A DNA stretch of 32,000 nt from Pyrobaculum calidifontis JCM 11548 (GTDB lineage: Archaea > Thermoproteota > Thermoprotei > Thermoproteales > Thermoproteaceae). Position 1 is the stretch's first letter. Each line of letters opens with the position of its first letter. Position numbers and translations under genes: made by a program. Shown in pieces: positions 6,566-15,804 of the stretch. The stretch covers positions 510,001 through 542,000 of the forward strand of contig NC_009073.1 of assembly GCF_000015805.1 (NCBI RefSeq), in the 5' to 3' direction. Under the pieces are notes generated by a model, which was given only the letters and a program-made list of their open reading frames with translations, was not told the DNA's origin and did no database searches.

Positions 6566-8332
6566 TTAAGCGCCGCCGAGAGACTCGGCGACGAGCTCCA
6601 CGAGGTCTTTTACCTCCACTTTGCTCTCCTTAGTCCTCTTGGCGTCGAGTAGCATTGCGTTGCAGAAGGGGCACAGCGTCACAATGGTCGACGCGCCGGT
6701 CTTCTCCAGCTCCTCGAAGCGTATGTGGCTTATCCTCTTCTCCTCTGGAACGTCGTACCAGTAGTTTCCGCCGCCAGCGCCACAGCAGAACGTCTTATCG
6801 CCTCTTCTCGGAGGCTCTTTGAGCTCTCCTAGCTTGACCACTATCTTCCTCTGGGGTTCCACCACCTTGTTGTACCTGGCCAGGTAGCAGGGGTCGTGTA
6901 TTGTTAGACTGGCGCCTAGGCTTTTCACGGATATCTTCCCCTCATCCGCCAACTTTTGCAGTATTTCTACGTGGTGGTATACCTCTAGCTCTACCCCAAG
7001 GCGTTTGTAGTCGTTTTTAAACGTGTTGTAGCCGTGTGGACATATTGTTATAATTTTCTTTATTCTATATTTGTTAAATATCTCTTTATTGTTTAGCACT
7101 ATTTCTTGGAACCTGCTTTCTTCGCCAAGTCTCCTTATTGGGTCGCCGCAACAAGTCTCCTCGTCTCCTAGCACGGCGATTTTCTCCAACATGCCCGCCT
7201 TCTTTAACACCTCGACAAGGGCTTGCACTATTTGTCTCGCCCTGCCGTCGAAGCTCCCCATACACCCGACCCACAGGAGGTACTCGGCGTTTGGGTTCTC
7301 CGATATGTGCTTGACTCCTAGGCTGTAGAGCCAGTCGTGTCTGCCCGTGTTGGGAGTTGACATGGTATTGCCGTATTGCGAAGCCGACATTAACACATCG
7401 GCGATCTTCTTGTCTACCTTGCTCTGTGCAACAAGGGCGCGTCTTACGCCGAATATTACGTCTAGGTGGTTTACTCTTACGGGGCATGCGTAGACGCAGT
7501 AGCCGCATGTCGTACACGCCCAGGCTTGTTGTTCCAGCTTTACCGCAAGCTCGAACTCGGGGTTGTTGGAGTTCAGCGCAACGGTTCTGACCACGACTCT
7601 CGGCGAGAGCAGGCGGCCAGCGGCCACAGCTGGACACCCCGCGTCGCATGCGCCTATCTCTCCGCAGGACTGGCACGACAAGACGACGTCTTTGTCTACG
7701 TCGGCTATTTTTTCATAGCCGAATTTTACCTCCTCGGGCTTTATCTTGCCCTCTATTACGTCCTCTAGCCTAAAGGGAATTCTGAAGTGGGACAACTCTC
7801 TGTCGTAGTTGACCATTAGATTGGCAGCCGGTTTTACGTAGAACGCCGCGAGCAGTATGTTCCTCAGTATCCCAATTGTGTTTGATATTGCCGAGTTGAA
7901 TATTGACAACGACAAGTCGAGGGTTGTCAGTATTATTATGAAGAGTAGCACTAGTTGCATTTTGTTGGACTCTGATACGAATTTCTTGTCTTCTCCTAGC
8001 CTTCTGTGAATGACTCCGCTACGTATAAAGACTCCCACTCGGTATAATGCGGCCGCGATAAGCCCGGCGATTATTGGCAGGCTTATTAGCCACAGGGCGA
8101 GTTTAGCAGCGGGGGCAAAGTCTAGGAGGGCTAGCACGACGGAGAGAACTACGCCTGACGCAATTGAGAAGTGCATGTATCCAACTCCGCCGCGTGCCGC
8201 CTCTTTAAATTCATGGATTATTAGTTTTACAAAGTCTATTTTCTTATTGTAGAGCTTTATTCGTTTCCATAATAAAACTGCAAATATTATAAATGTTAAT
8301 AAAAACAGCGATAGTAGTACTTCGTTTATCAT
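6566..8332 (-). CDS. Membrane-anchored Fe-S oxidoreductase, HdrD/GlpC/DsrK-like: N-terminal multi-TM domain + two 4Fe-4S ferredoxin motifs + two CCG domains
   Basis: About five hydrophobic helices in the first ~180 aa. Cys clusters CQSCGEIGACDAGCP and CTTCGYCVYACP. CCG motifs ETCCGDP and KTFCCGAGGG. ATG start with the TATA-like ATTTATAAAT (8352-8362, minus strand) 25 nt upstream. Confidence 0.75.
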   Translation of the reverse strand: MINEVLLSLFLLTFIIFAVLLWKRIKLYNKKIDFVKLIIHEFKEAARGGVGYMHFSIASGVVLSVVLALLDFAPAAKLALWLISLPIIAGLIAAALYRVGVFIRSGVIHRRLGEDKKFVSESNKMQLVLLFIIILTTLDLSLSIFNSAISNTIGILRNILLAAFYVKPAANLMVNYDRELSHFRIPFRLEDVIEGKIKPEEVKFGYEKIADVDKDVVLSCQSCGEIGACDAGCPAVAAGRLLSPRVVVRTVALNSNNPEFELAVKLEQQAWACTTCGYCVYACPVRVNHLDVIFGVRRALVAQSKVDKKIADVLMSASQYGNTMSTPNTGRHDWLYSLGVKHISENPNAEYLLWVGCMGSFDGRARQIVQALVEVLKKAGMLEKIAVLGDEETCCGDPIRRLGEESRFQEIVLNNKEIFNKYRIKKIITICPHGYNTFKNDYKRLGVELEVYHHVEILQKLADEGKISVKSLGASLTIHDPCYLARYNKVVEPQRKIVVKLGELKEPPRRGDKTFCCGAGGGNYWYDVPEEKRISHIRFEELEKTGASTIVTLCPFCNAMLLDAKRTKESKVEVKDLVELVAESLGGA

Positions 8333-8374
8333 AAGGCGCAGAATATGCGCGATTTATAAATATGGTTTCAGCTT

Positions 8375-9016
8375 CTATAGAAGATTTTTACATATGGGTT
8401 TAAATATACAGCTATTGCATTTTGCCGGCGGCGCTTCTCTGGCGCTGAGAATTTCACGTATTTTCTTAAGCACGTCAAGCGCGGCGTCGTTCCTGTGTAC
8501 TACCTCCACGTGGTTTCTGTATACCAGGTAGCCGAAACGGGCCTTCAACATAGATATGTATATCTGTAGCTGAGTCTTGTGAGCCTCCTTGCTGAAGCCA
8601 GTCTTTATCTCAACAGGTATATACTCGCCGCCGCGTTTAATCACCAAGTCCACTACGCCCACGAGGTCGCCTATCTCAACCTTGTACTCAGCAACCACGT
8701 TCTCGTACTGAGAGAGGAGCCGTTCGTATCTCTCGTGCAGAATTCTACCCCTTATTATGGACACCACCGACTTCTCGCTGAGCAACTTGAGCCCGAGCTT
8801 GTGCTGAACCCACAGTAGGCGGGGGCAATATTCAAAGTCGTTTATAATTGAGGGAGAGACACGTCTGAAGTCGTACCTATGTGCGTAGATCCCCGGAAGC
8901 AACTTGAATATCTCCTGTTCTCTCCTCAGCTCGTTCAAGGCGCTGACGTGGTCGAGCTTCTCCAAGTCTTCACAGTTTACGACGCTACAGAGCGGCTTAG
9001 GAGATAGCAGTTCCAT
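8375..9016 (-). CDS. Cas4-family (DUF83) RecB-like exonuclease with a 4-Cys cluster; stand-alone, with no CRISPR-cas context
   Basis: N-terminal Cys in FEYCPRLLW. RecB motifs GVVDLVI, VEIKTG and QLQIYISML. C-terminal CNSCIFKPIC (CX2CX5C). The ATG lies 20 nt inside the 3' end of the upstream GTPase gene. Confidence 0.75.
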   Translation of the reverse strand: MELLSPKPLCSVVNCEDLEKLDHVSALNELRREQEIFKLLPGIYAHRYDFRRVSPSIINDFEYCPRLLWVQHKLGLKLLSEKSVVSIIRGRILHERYERLLSQYENVVAEYKVEIGDLVGVVDLVIKRGGEYIPVEIKTGFSKEAHKTQLQIYISMLKARFGYLVYRNHVEVVHRNDAALDVLKKIREILSAREAPPAKCNSCIFKPICKNLL

Positions 9017-10559
9017 TTTCTAGGCGCACTACTCTACCAAATATACGCGTCGGTCCATTTCTAAAAATGAAGACCCCACCCTCGATGTACCAAGGCCGCG
9101 TGAACGCTATGCGGGCCACCCCATTGTCGCCTGCCATGAGGACCCCCCTGTCGAGCTCTTTTATGTATGCGCTGGCCCTGATGGCCTTGTAGTGAAAGAC
9201 GCCCGAGAAGCCTGCCCTAATCGCGGTGGGATGCCTTAATACGAGGACTTCGGCCACCACCTCTCTCACGCTGGGCAACGGCCTGGCGGCCAGCACCATG
9301 CCCTTCTCCACGTCTTCTACTCTGTCGAGGGCTATGGTGACGAAGTTCCCCGCGCCCACTCGCTCGACGGGGGTTCTGTTCAAGTGTATAGATTTAACTA
9401 CCGCAGGCGCCCACCTCCCGTCCTCGTAGGGCCCCAGCCACAGCCTTTCCCCGACCTTTACCGCGCCCCTCTCCACGAGCCCCCCCACCACCACTCCCAC
9501 GCCCTTGACCATGTATATGTCGGATATGTAGAGGAGGGGCTCTCCCCCCGAGTCCCAGCGCCTCCTCCTGGGAAGCAGGGCGATGAACTTTGCAAGCATG
9601 TCTACGCCCTGCCCCGTTACATTAGACACGTAGAATATGGGCGCCACGCGTCCCGAGGACATGGCCCTCGCGGCCAGCACTACGTCGCCCATGTCTTTAA
9701 CCACATAGGGTATTTTGCTCACCCCCGGCATCTTCAACAATCTGACCAGTTCCTCCACAGTCCTCTGAAACACCTCGGGCGGAGCTATGTCTACCCTTGT
9801 CACAACCACGAATACGGGGATGCCGAGCGCCACTGCCACTCCCAAGTGCTCCTTAGTCATTTTCTGGACGCCGGAGTTCGCGGCCACCACCAAAGCGGCG
9901 TAGTCTGGCTCAGAGCTAAAGAGGCCTCTGAGGACTGTTCTCACATACCTCTCGTGGCCCCCCACGTCCACCAACAGGGCGAGCTTGTCGGACCGCCGGT
10001 AGACCTCCGCCTCGTCCAGCGGATCCACCAGCTTGTGATTAACCACGGAGTCTCCTACAAATCCCAAAAGCCTCATAGAGACTGCGGAGGTGCGGCCTGT
10101 CAACACCTCGTGTTTATACCGCGAGGCGTAGGCCCTGGCCAGCCCTCTCCCGTCGTCTAGCTTCCCAGTGGTTAAGACGCCCACGAGGGTAGACTTGCCC
10201 GCGTCCACGTTGCCCAACACGATTATTGTCACAGTGGGCGGGGGCTCCTCTCTTCCAACTGCCCTTATCAACACCTCGGCGACTTTGCCTCTGACGCCCT
10301 CCGAAATTCTCAAGAGATGCAGAGATGCGCCAACCCTCTTGGCGACTTCTCTCAACACTCCCAGCGACTTAAACAACTCGTCGTCGGGAAGCCCGAGAGG
10401 CCTCCCGTCGTTTGAAACGCCTATGACGTAGATGGCCTCGCCGCCGCCCTCCAAGAGGCGCCTCTTCAGCTGGCCCCCGAGCTTGTCCAAATCCCCCTCG
10501 CCTAGGACAAGCTTGTACTCGACGTTGCCCTCCTCGGACTCCGGGGGGTAAAAATCCAC
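8997..10559 (-). CDS. GTPBP1-like translational-type GTPase (EF-Tu/EF-1A superfamily)
   Basis: N-terminal EGNVEYKL...GEAIYVIGVSNDG module typical of GTPBP1. G1 GNVDAGKST, G3 DVGGHERY, G4 TRVD. Beta-barrel domains II/III follow. GTG start with the TATA-like ATTTTAAA (10578-10585, minus strand) ~22 nt upstream. Confidence 0.8.
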   Translation of the reverse strand: MDFYPPESEEGNVEYKLVLGEGDLDKLGGQLKRRLLEGGGEAIYVIGVSNDGRPLGLPDDELFKSLGVLREVAKRVGASLHLLRISEGVRGKVAEVLIRAVGREEPPPTVTIIVLGNVDAGKSTLVGVLTTGKLDDGRGLARAYASRYKHEVLTGRTSAVSMRLLGFVGDSVVNHKLVDPLDEAEVYRRSDKLALLVDVGGHERYVRTVLRGLFSSEPDYAALVVAANSGVQKMTKEHLGVAVALGIPVFVVVTRVDIAPPEVFQRTVEELVRLLKMPGVSKIPYVVKDMGDVVLAARAMSSGRVAPIFYVSNVTGQGVDMLAKFIALLPRRRRWDSGGEPLLYISDIYMVKGVGVVVGGLVERGAVKVGERLWLGPYEDGRWAPAVVKSIHLNRTPVERVGAGNFVTIALDRVEDVEKGMVLAARPLPSVREVVAEVLVLRHPTAIRAGFSGVFHYKAIRASAYIKELDRGVLMAGDNGVARIAFTRPWYIEGGVFIFRNGPTRIFGRVVRLENGTAIS

Positions 10560-10578
10560 AATTAAAAAAGTGGGGGGT

Positions 10579-12735
10579 TTAAAATGGCAGTAGGCCCATT
10601 GGGTATATGCCCAACGCCACGTTTGCCAGCACTATGGCGTAGGCGAAGACCACAGACAACGTGTTTAACACCTTTATGAGCGGGTTCAGCGAGGGGCCCG
10701 ACGTGTCTTTAAACGGATCGCCCACTGTGTCGCCGATGACCGCGGCCTTGTGCATCTCGGTCTTCTTAAGCCCCTGTAGCTCTATGTACTTCTTTGCGTT
10801 ATCCCAAGCGCCGCCGGCGTTGGCCATAAGGAGGGCACGGGGGACTCCGGCCACTATTGCGCCCATGATTAGCCCAGCCAACGCGTTCCAGCCCAGAACC
10901 AGCCCGGTCAACAGAGGAACCACTATGGCGGCTAGGCCTGGCACTAGGAACTCGCCCAGCGCGCGCCTTGTCGCAATATCCACAACCCTGGCGTAGTCAG
11001 GCTGCTCCTTCCACTCGAGGATGCCCGGCTTCTCCCTAAACTGACGCCTAATCTCTTCCACTATCTCCATCGCGGTGCGCCCCACTGCTCCCAGAGTACG
11101 ACTCGTGAAGAAGTAGACGAGAGAGACTCCGATAAATGCGCCAATTAGTACATTTACGTTTATAATTGAAAGACCTCTTAAGCTGTCCGAGAGCACTGCT
11201 ACAAGGTTTGTGGTGCCCACAATCTTCGAGTATGCTTGAACTATTTCGAATATCAACGCTATGAATAAGACCAACGCCGCCAGCGCCGCGCTTGCTATAG
11301 CATAGCCCTTTGTCGTCGCCTTTGTAGTGTTGCCAACGCTGTCGAGCACATCCGTTACCTCGCGCACGCTCTCAGGCAGGCCTGCCATTTCCACAACGCC
11401 GTTGGCGTTGTCTGAGACTGGACCGTAGGAGTCCGCAGTTATTATTATACCGGCGACCACCAAGAGACCCACGCTGGCTATCGCGGTGCCGAAAATCCCA
11501 GCTAGGTATTTAGACCATTCTCCAAAGCCCTGTACGGGGACTGTGTAGTAGCCTATTGCATACGACACGCCGAGCACGGCCACTATTATAGCAATTACTG
11601 GTATCGCGCTCATTAGGCCCTCACCGTATCCCGTTATTATGACTGTGGCGGGACTTATCTTGGCCTGCTCCGCTATTCTCCTGACAGGGCCGTAGTTATA
11701 CGAGGTGTAGTAGTCCGTTATTTTGACAATAATGGGGGCCAGCGCGGCGCCCAAAGAAGCCGCGGCCGCGAGCGCGGCGGCTTTCGCAAAGTCTAGGCCT
11801 AGGACAAACGTGCCTGCAAAAAACAGGACTATTGCTATGCCTATGGTGAAGTACACCGCCATGTTTATAGAGGAGAGCGGGTGCTTGACCCCGGTGGTTT
11901 TTAACAGGTTGACTCCGATAAACGTGGCAATAAGGGCCAGAGCCGCAAAGAGAATTATGGCGTCTATATATGCCGACGCTAGCCCGAGGATGGCGGCGAG
12001 AAATATGGCGGCGGTCACTGTGACAATGTAAGACTCGTAGACGTCGGCGGCCATGCCAGCTACGTCGCCGACGTTGTCTCCGACGTTGTCTGCAATGACG
12101 CCGGGGTTCCTTGGGTCGTCTTCAGGAATGCCAGCCTCTATCTTGCCCACGAGATCTGCGCCGAGGTCGGCCGCCTTTGTGTAAATCCCGCCGCCGACAC
12201 GCATGAACAACGTCACCAAGCTTGCCCCAAACCCAAGGGCCACCAGCGGCACTGCCCAGTCAGATGTCACAGCCCTGAAGGCTAGGTAAAATCCTGAGAT
12301 TAAGAGAAGCGCGATGCCCGCAAGCGATAGACCCATAACAGCGCCAGCGCGCCACGAGACAAGTAGAGCCTTCCCCATCCCGCCTATGGCCGCCGCCTGC
12401 GCAACACGCGAAGCCGACCGAGTTGTGACATACATGCCTAGGTACCCCGCCAACATGGAGCCGAGAGCGCCAACAACAAAGCCAAGAGCCGTCAAGCCAT
12501 TTGTGCCACGAGGAAGATCTATTGCTATTAGTATCAACACGGCCAGTACCGCCAGGAGTATCGCCAAGGTTCTATATTGCCTAAAGAGATACGCCCTAGC
12601 GCCTGTGGCAATAGCCTGTGAAATAAAGCGCATTTTCTCATTCCCAGGGTCTTGGCTAAGAACCCATCTGGCGAGGTATATAGCATATACAACTCCTATA
12701 GCACCAACTATGAGCCCAAATATGGGTATAAACAT
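10579..12735 (-). CDS. hppA: Membrane-bound H+-translocating inorganic pyrophosphatase
   Basis: 718 aa with ~16 TM helices. Signature sequences GVIADNVGDNVGDVAGMAADVYESY and GDTVGDPFKDTSGPSLN. Confidence 0.95.
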   Translation of the reverse strand: MFIPIFGLIVGAIGVVYAIYLARWVLSQDPGNEKMRFISQAIATGARAYLFRQYRTLAILLAVLAVLILIAIDLPRGTNGLTALGFVVGALGSMLAGYLGMYVTTRSASRVAQAAAIGGMGKALLVSWRAGAVMGLSLAGIALLLISGFYLAFRAVTSDWAVPLVALGFGASLVTLFMRVGGGIYTKAADLGADLVGKIEAGIPEDDPRNPGVIADNVGDNVGDVAGMAADVYESYIVTVTAAIFLAAILGLASAYIDAIILFAALALIATFIGVNLLKTTGVKHPLSSINMAVYFTIGIAIVLFFAGTFVLGLDFAKAAALAAAASLGAALAPIIVKITDYYTSYNYGPVRRIAEQAKISPATVIITGYGEGLMSAIPVIAIIVAVLGVSYAIGYYTVPVQGFGEWSKYLAGIFGTAIASVGLLVVAGIIITADSYGPVSDNANGVVEMAGLPESVREVTDVLDSVGNTTKATTKGYAIASAALAALVLFIALIFEIVQAYSKIVGTTNLVAVLSDSLRGLSIINVNVLIGAFIGVSLVYFFTSRTLGAVGRTAMEIVEEIRRQFREKPGILEWKEQPDYARVVDIATRRALGEFLVPGLAAIVVPLLTGLVLGWNALAGLIMGAIVAGVPRALLMANAGGAWDNAKKYIELQGLKKTEMHKAAVIGDTVGDPFKDTSGPSLNPLIKVLNTLSVVFAYAIVLANVALGIYPMGLLPF

Positions 12736-12755
12736 AGGGGCCCCCCAATGCCCTC

Positions 12756-12764
12756 TTATTAAAG
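12756..12764 (-). promoter_or_regulatory. hppA TATA-like box (CTTTAATAA on the minus strand)
   Basis: Centred ~24 nt upstream of ATG 12735. Confidence 0.5.
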
Positions 12765-12805
12765 TTTATTTCTGACGTCTACGTATTCTATACGTACACT
12801 CAACA

Positions 12806-12814
12806 CTTTAAAAA
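12806..12814 (+). promoter_or_regulatory. atpI TATA-like box (CTTTAAAAA)
   Basis: Centred 23 nt upstream of GTG 12833. Confidence 0.55.
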
Positions 12815-12832
12815 CCCTACACTACCGCCCCA

Positions 12833-15130
12833 GTGCCTTTAGAAAGAGTTGTCGAGTTTAGAATTGCTGGAAACGTCGAGCTCCTCCCCGAGCTGATATA
12901 CTTCATAGGGAAGGCCGGCGTGGCGATGTTCGAGGATAGACCTGAGAAGCTCCCAAAGCCCAGAGATCCCGCCATTCTGCAACAGGCGAAGAGGCTTGGC
13001 GAGATGTTGGGCCAACTATCTGCCTACCTCCAGCCGAAGACCGTGCCCCTGCCCCTCAGCTCGCTAGAGGAGCAGATCGGCCAAGTGCTCGAAAAATTGG
13101 AGGGCGTGACTAAGGAGGTATCGTATTATGCAAGGCTTATGGACGAGCTTAAGACGAAGCTCGCAATATCGCGGGAGTTGTCTAGCTTCAAGGCGCTTCG
13201 CCCGCCTGCCACAGAGGCCGTGGATGTGTTTATAGTCTTGGCTGGGAGAAGCGCCAAGGAAGTGGCCGAGCTCTGTAAGTCGTTTAATGCGGCAGTTGTA
13301 CAACAAGGCAACGTTTTCATGATAACGGCGGAGCGCAAGTTTGCGCAACAGCTCAAGTCGGCGCTGGAGAAGCTGGGCGTACAACTGTTCACGTTCAAAG
13401 AGCTGGAGGAGATAGAGCCTCAGGAGGCGCTGGAGGAGAAGCTGAGACAGGCTGAGAGGGGGCTTAGAGAGGCGTTGGAGAGACACAGAGAGGTCTTAGA
13501 CTACGCACACACTCTCAGGGAGGCGCTTGCCTTAGTTATTGACGTATTTAACAGGTCTGCAATAGACGAGGGCACAGAGATGGGCCGCCTCTTTGCCTCT
13601 TATGAAGCTGAAATAAAGAGGTTGGAAGCACAGCTGTCGAACCTTCACAAGATTAGGAAGGTCTTAGACGCGTTAAGCGGGGGCGTGAAAATACCTGAAG
13701 GCTTTAAACTCTTCATAGACCCACAAATGCCTATAAACGCACCTCACATAATACAGGAGATAGACGGGGTTAAAGTGGCCTTAGTCAAGGGGGAGGCAAA
13801 GGGCGTGGAGGTGCCCTCCGAGTATCTCTTGGACGTAGAAAATGGCAAGAGAGTAGTAGAAGAGGCGATAAAGTCAACGGAAGCGGCTCTACAACGCGTT
13901 AAAAGAGAGCGTGAGGCCTTGGAGAGGCTTTACAGCGAATACTCCGTGTACGGGGACAAGAGGTGGGATGAGCACAATGACGTGGCCACGCTAATATTCT
14001 ACGTCTTAGAGCGCGACGTGAAGAAGGTGGACGACGCCCTTGTGGAATTTGTCAGGAAAAACTCTGCCAAGCTAGACATCGTTAAGAGGGTGAGGTATAA
14101 GTACATTGACAGAGTTCCAGCGGAGCGGAGGCCCACCCTGGAGAAGTACCCAGCTCCGATAAGGCAGTTTACAAAAATTGTATACATGTACGGAGTGCCG
14201 AAGCCCATCGAGATAAGCCCAGTGCCCCTCGTGGCTTTGATATTCCCAGTCTTCTTTGGCTGGATGTACGGAGACCTCGGCCACGGATCTCTCCTCTTCC
14301 TACTCGGGATCTTACTATTGACAAAGCTCTACGGGGGGAGGCATAGGGACTGGGGGGTCATATGGACTATAACAGGCCTTGTCTCAATGTTCTTCGGCGC
14401 CTTCGTCTACCAAGAGGCCTTCGGCTTCCACCTAGAGGAGTTTGGAATACACCTGCCCACAGCCCCCATACTCCCCTTATTTGGACACAAGACGTTTGTG
14501 GAAGTCGACGGCGTAAAGGCGTCGCTGGCAGCGGCGTTTCTGCTGGGGTTCCTACTTCTACTGCTCGCATTCCTCTCCAAGCTCATAAACACTGTGCTTA
14601 AGGGCGAGGGAGACGTGGCGCTCGCCATCGCGCTCCCCCAGCTGTTGTTCTTCTTCTCGCTTGGCATGGTGTTCTTCTCTCTCATCTGGCAGCCCATGGG
14701 CATGTACTACTTAGAGCCGTTGATGGGGCTTCCATGGGGGTATTTAGCCCTACTCTTCATAGTTTGGAGCGCCATCGGCGTCGTCGTAATAAGAGCGAGG
14801 TATAGACACCACGAGGAGGCCCCGCCGGTGGTAGACGAATTTATAGTGGGAATCGTCGAGGGGGCACTTGGCGCATTGGCCAACATACCCAGCTTCTCCC
14901 GTCTGGTAATCCTCATAATGATACACGGAGTTCTCACAAAGCTCGTCAACGGCGTGGCCCTCGGCCTAGGAGCCCCCGGAATCCTATTCGCCGTGTTTGG
15001 ACACGCCCTAATTGCAGCAGCTGAGGGCCTCTTCTCGTTTGTCCAATCGCTCCGCCTCGTCTTCTACGAGGTGCTCTCTAAGTTCTACGAGGGGAAGGGC
15101 AGGCTTTTCCAGCCGTTGGTACTGCCGTAA
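12833..15130 (+). CDS. atpI: A/V-type ATP synthase subunit I (membrane a-type subunit)
   Basis: 765 aa. The N-terminal ~400 aa form a soluble coiled-coil domain and the C-terminal part is multi-TM. GTG start with CTTTAAAAA (12806-12814) 23 nt upstream. Confidence 0.85.
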   Translation: MPLERVVEFRIAGNVELLPELIYFIGKAGVAMFEDRPEKLPKPRDPAILQQAKRLGEMLGQLSAYLQPKTVPLPLSSLEEQIGQVLEKLEGVTKEVSYYARLMDELKTKLAISRELSSFKALRPPATEAVDVFIVLAGRSAKEVAELCKSFNAAVVQQGNVFMITAERKFAQQLKSALEKLGVQLFTFKELEEIEPQEALEEKLRQAERGLREALERHREVLDYAHTLREALALVIDVFNRSAIDEGTEMGRLFASYEAEIKRLEAQLSNLHKIRKVLDALSGGVKIPEGFKLFIDPQMPINAPHIIQEIDGVKVALVKGEAKGVEVPSEYLLDVENGKRVVEEAIKSTEAALQRVKREREALERLYSEYSVYGDKRWDEHNDVATLIFYVLERDVKKVDDALVEFVRKNSAKLDIVKRVRYKYIDRVPAERRPTLEKYPAPIRQFTKIVYMYGVPKPIEISPVPLVALIFPVFFGWMYGDLGHGSLLFLLGILLLTKLYGGRHRDWGVIWTITGLVSMFFGAFVYQEAFGFHLEEFGIHLPTAPILPLFGHKTFVEVDGVKASLAAAFLLGFLLLLLAFLSKLINTVLKGEGDVALAIALPQLLFFFSLGMVFFSLIWQPMGMYYLEPLMGLPWGYLALLFIVWSAIGVVVIRARYRHHEEAPPVVDEFIVGIVEGALGALANIPSFSRLVILIMIHGVLTKLVNGVALGLGAPGILFAVFGHALIAAAEGLFSFVQSLRLVFYEVLSKFYEGKGRLFQPLVLP

Positions 15131-15804
15131 TGGAGGTAGTAGCCGAGATAACGTCATCGCTAAACAGAGACCTGATCTTAAAGAAATTAGCCAAGCTCAA
15201 GACGCTTGTGGACAAGGTCGACATACCTGAGGCGCCGGGGGGGAAGGCCACGGCCCACTCCTTAGCCGTCGGCGTGTTAGCAATGCAACAAGGTCTCGAG
15301 CCAATTGTCCACATACGCCTCCTAGACGTCAACAAGACAGGCCTCAAGTCGCTACTAGGCGCCGCGCGCCTACTCGGCCTAGAATACGTCGTCTTGCTTC
15401 AGGGCGACCCTCCAGCAGAGGGCTCCCCCGTGAGAGACGTGACCACAGAGGAGGCAATTGCCGAGGCCAAGAAGATGGGCCTCAAAGCTGGGGCGCTCCT
15501 CAGCCTACGAAGAGAGTATGCGAAAAGGCTGGAGGCGGGGGCAGACTTCTACCTCGCGCTACACTTCAGCCATAAAGACCAGCTAAGGGGCCTGCCGCGG
15601 AATGTATACCCCTACATAATAGTTGAGACGCCTAAAAACGCGCCCCTAATCCAACGACTTCGCCAAACGGCGGTGCCGCCCCAAAGGGCAGTGGAGCTGG
15701 CAGAGGAAATCGACGGGTTAGTCGACGCAGTTATAATCTCTGCCCCAGGGGACTTTGAAGCCCTTGTGGAAGTGCTCAAGCAGATTAAAGCAAGCCACAG
15801 GTAA
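15130..15804 (+). CDS. Methylenetetrahydrofolate reductase-like (MetF-family TIM barrel) protein
   Basis: Pattern VDIPEAPGGKATAHSL...VHIRLLDVNKTGL...VVLLQGDPP resembles the MTHFR family. This is a tentative motif-level call. The ATG overlaps the atpI stop (TAATG). Confidence 0.45.
   Translation: MEVVAEITSSLNRDLILKKLAKLKTLVDKVDIPEAPGGKATAHSLAVGVLAMQQGLEPIVHIRLLDVNKTGLKSLLGAARLLGLEYVVLLQGDPPAEGSPVRDVTTEEAIAEAKKMGLKAGALLSLRREYAKRLEAGADFYLALHFSHKDQLRGLPRNVYPYIIVETPKNAPLIQRLRQTAVPPQRAVELAEEIDGLVDAVIISAPGDFEALVEVLKQIKASHR

Noticed and set aside
8372-8383. 12-bp perfect palindrome CTTCTATAGAAG at the Cas4-like stop codon
   Set aside because: It is short and AT-rich, overlaps a stop codon, and has no second copy or partner site in the window. 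It is probably fortuitous.
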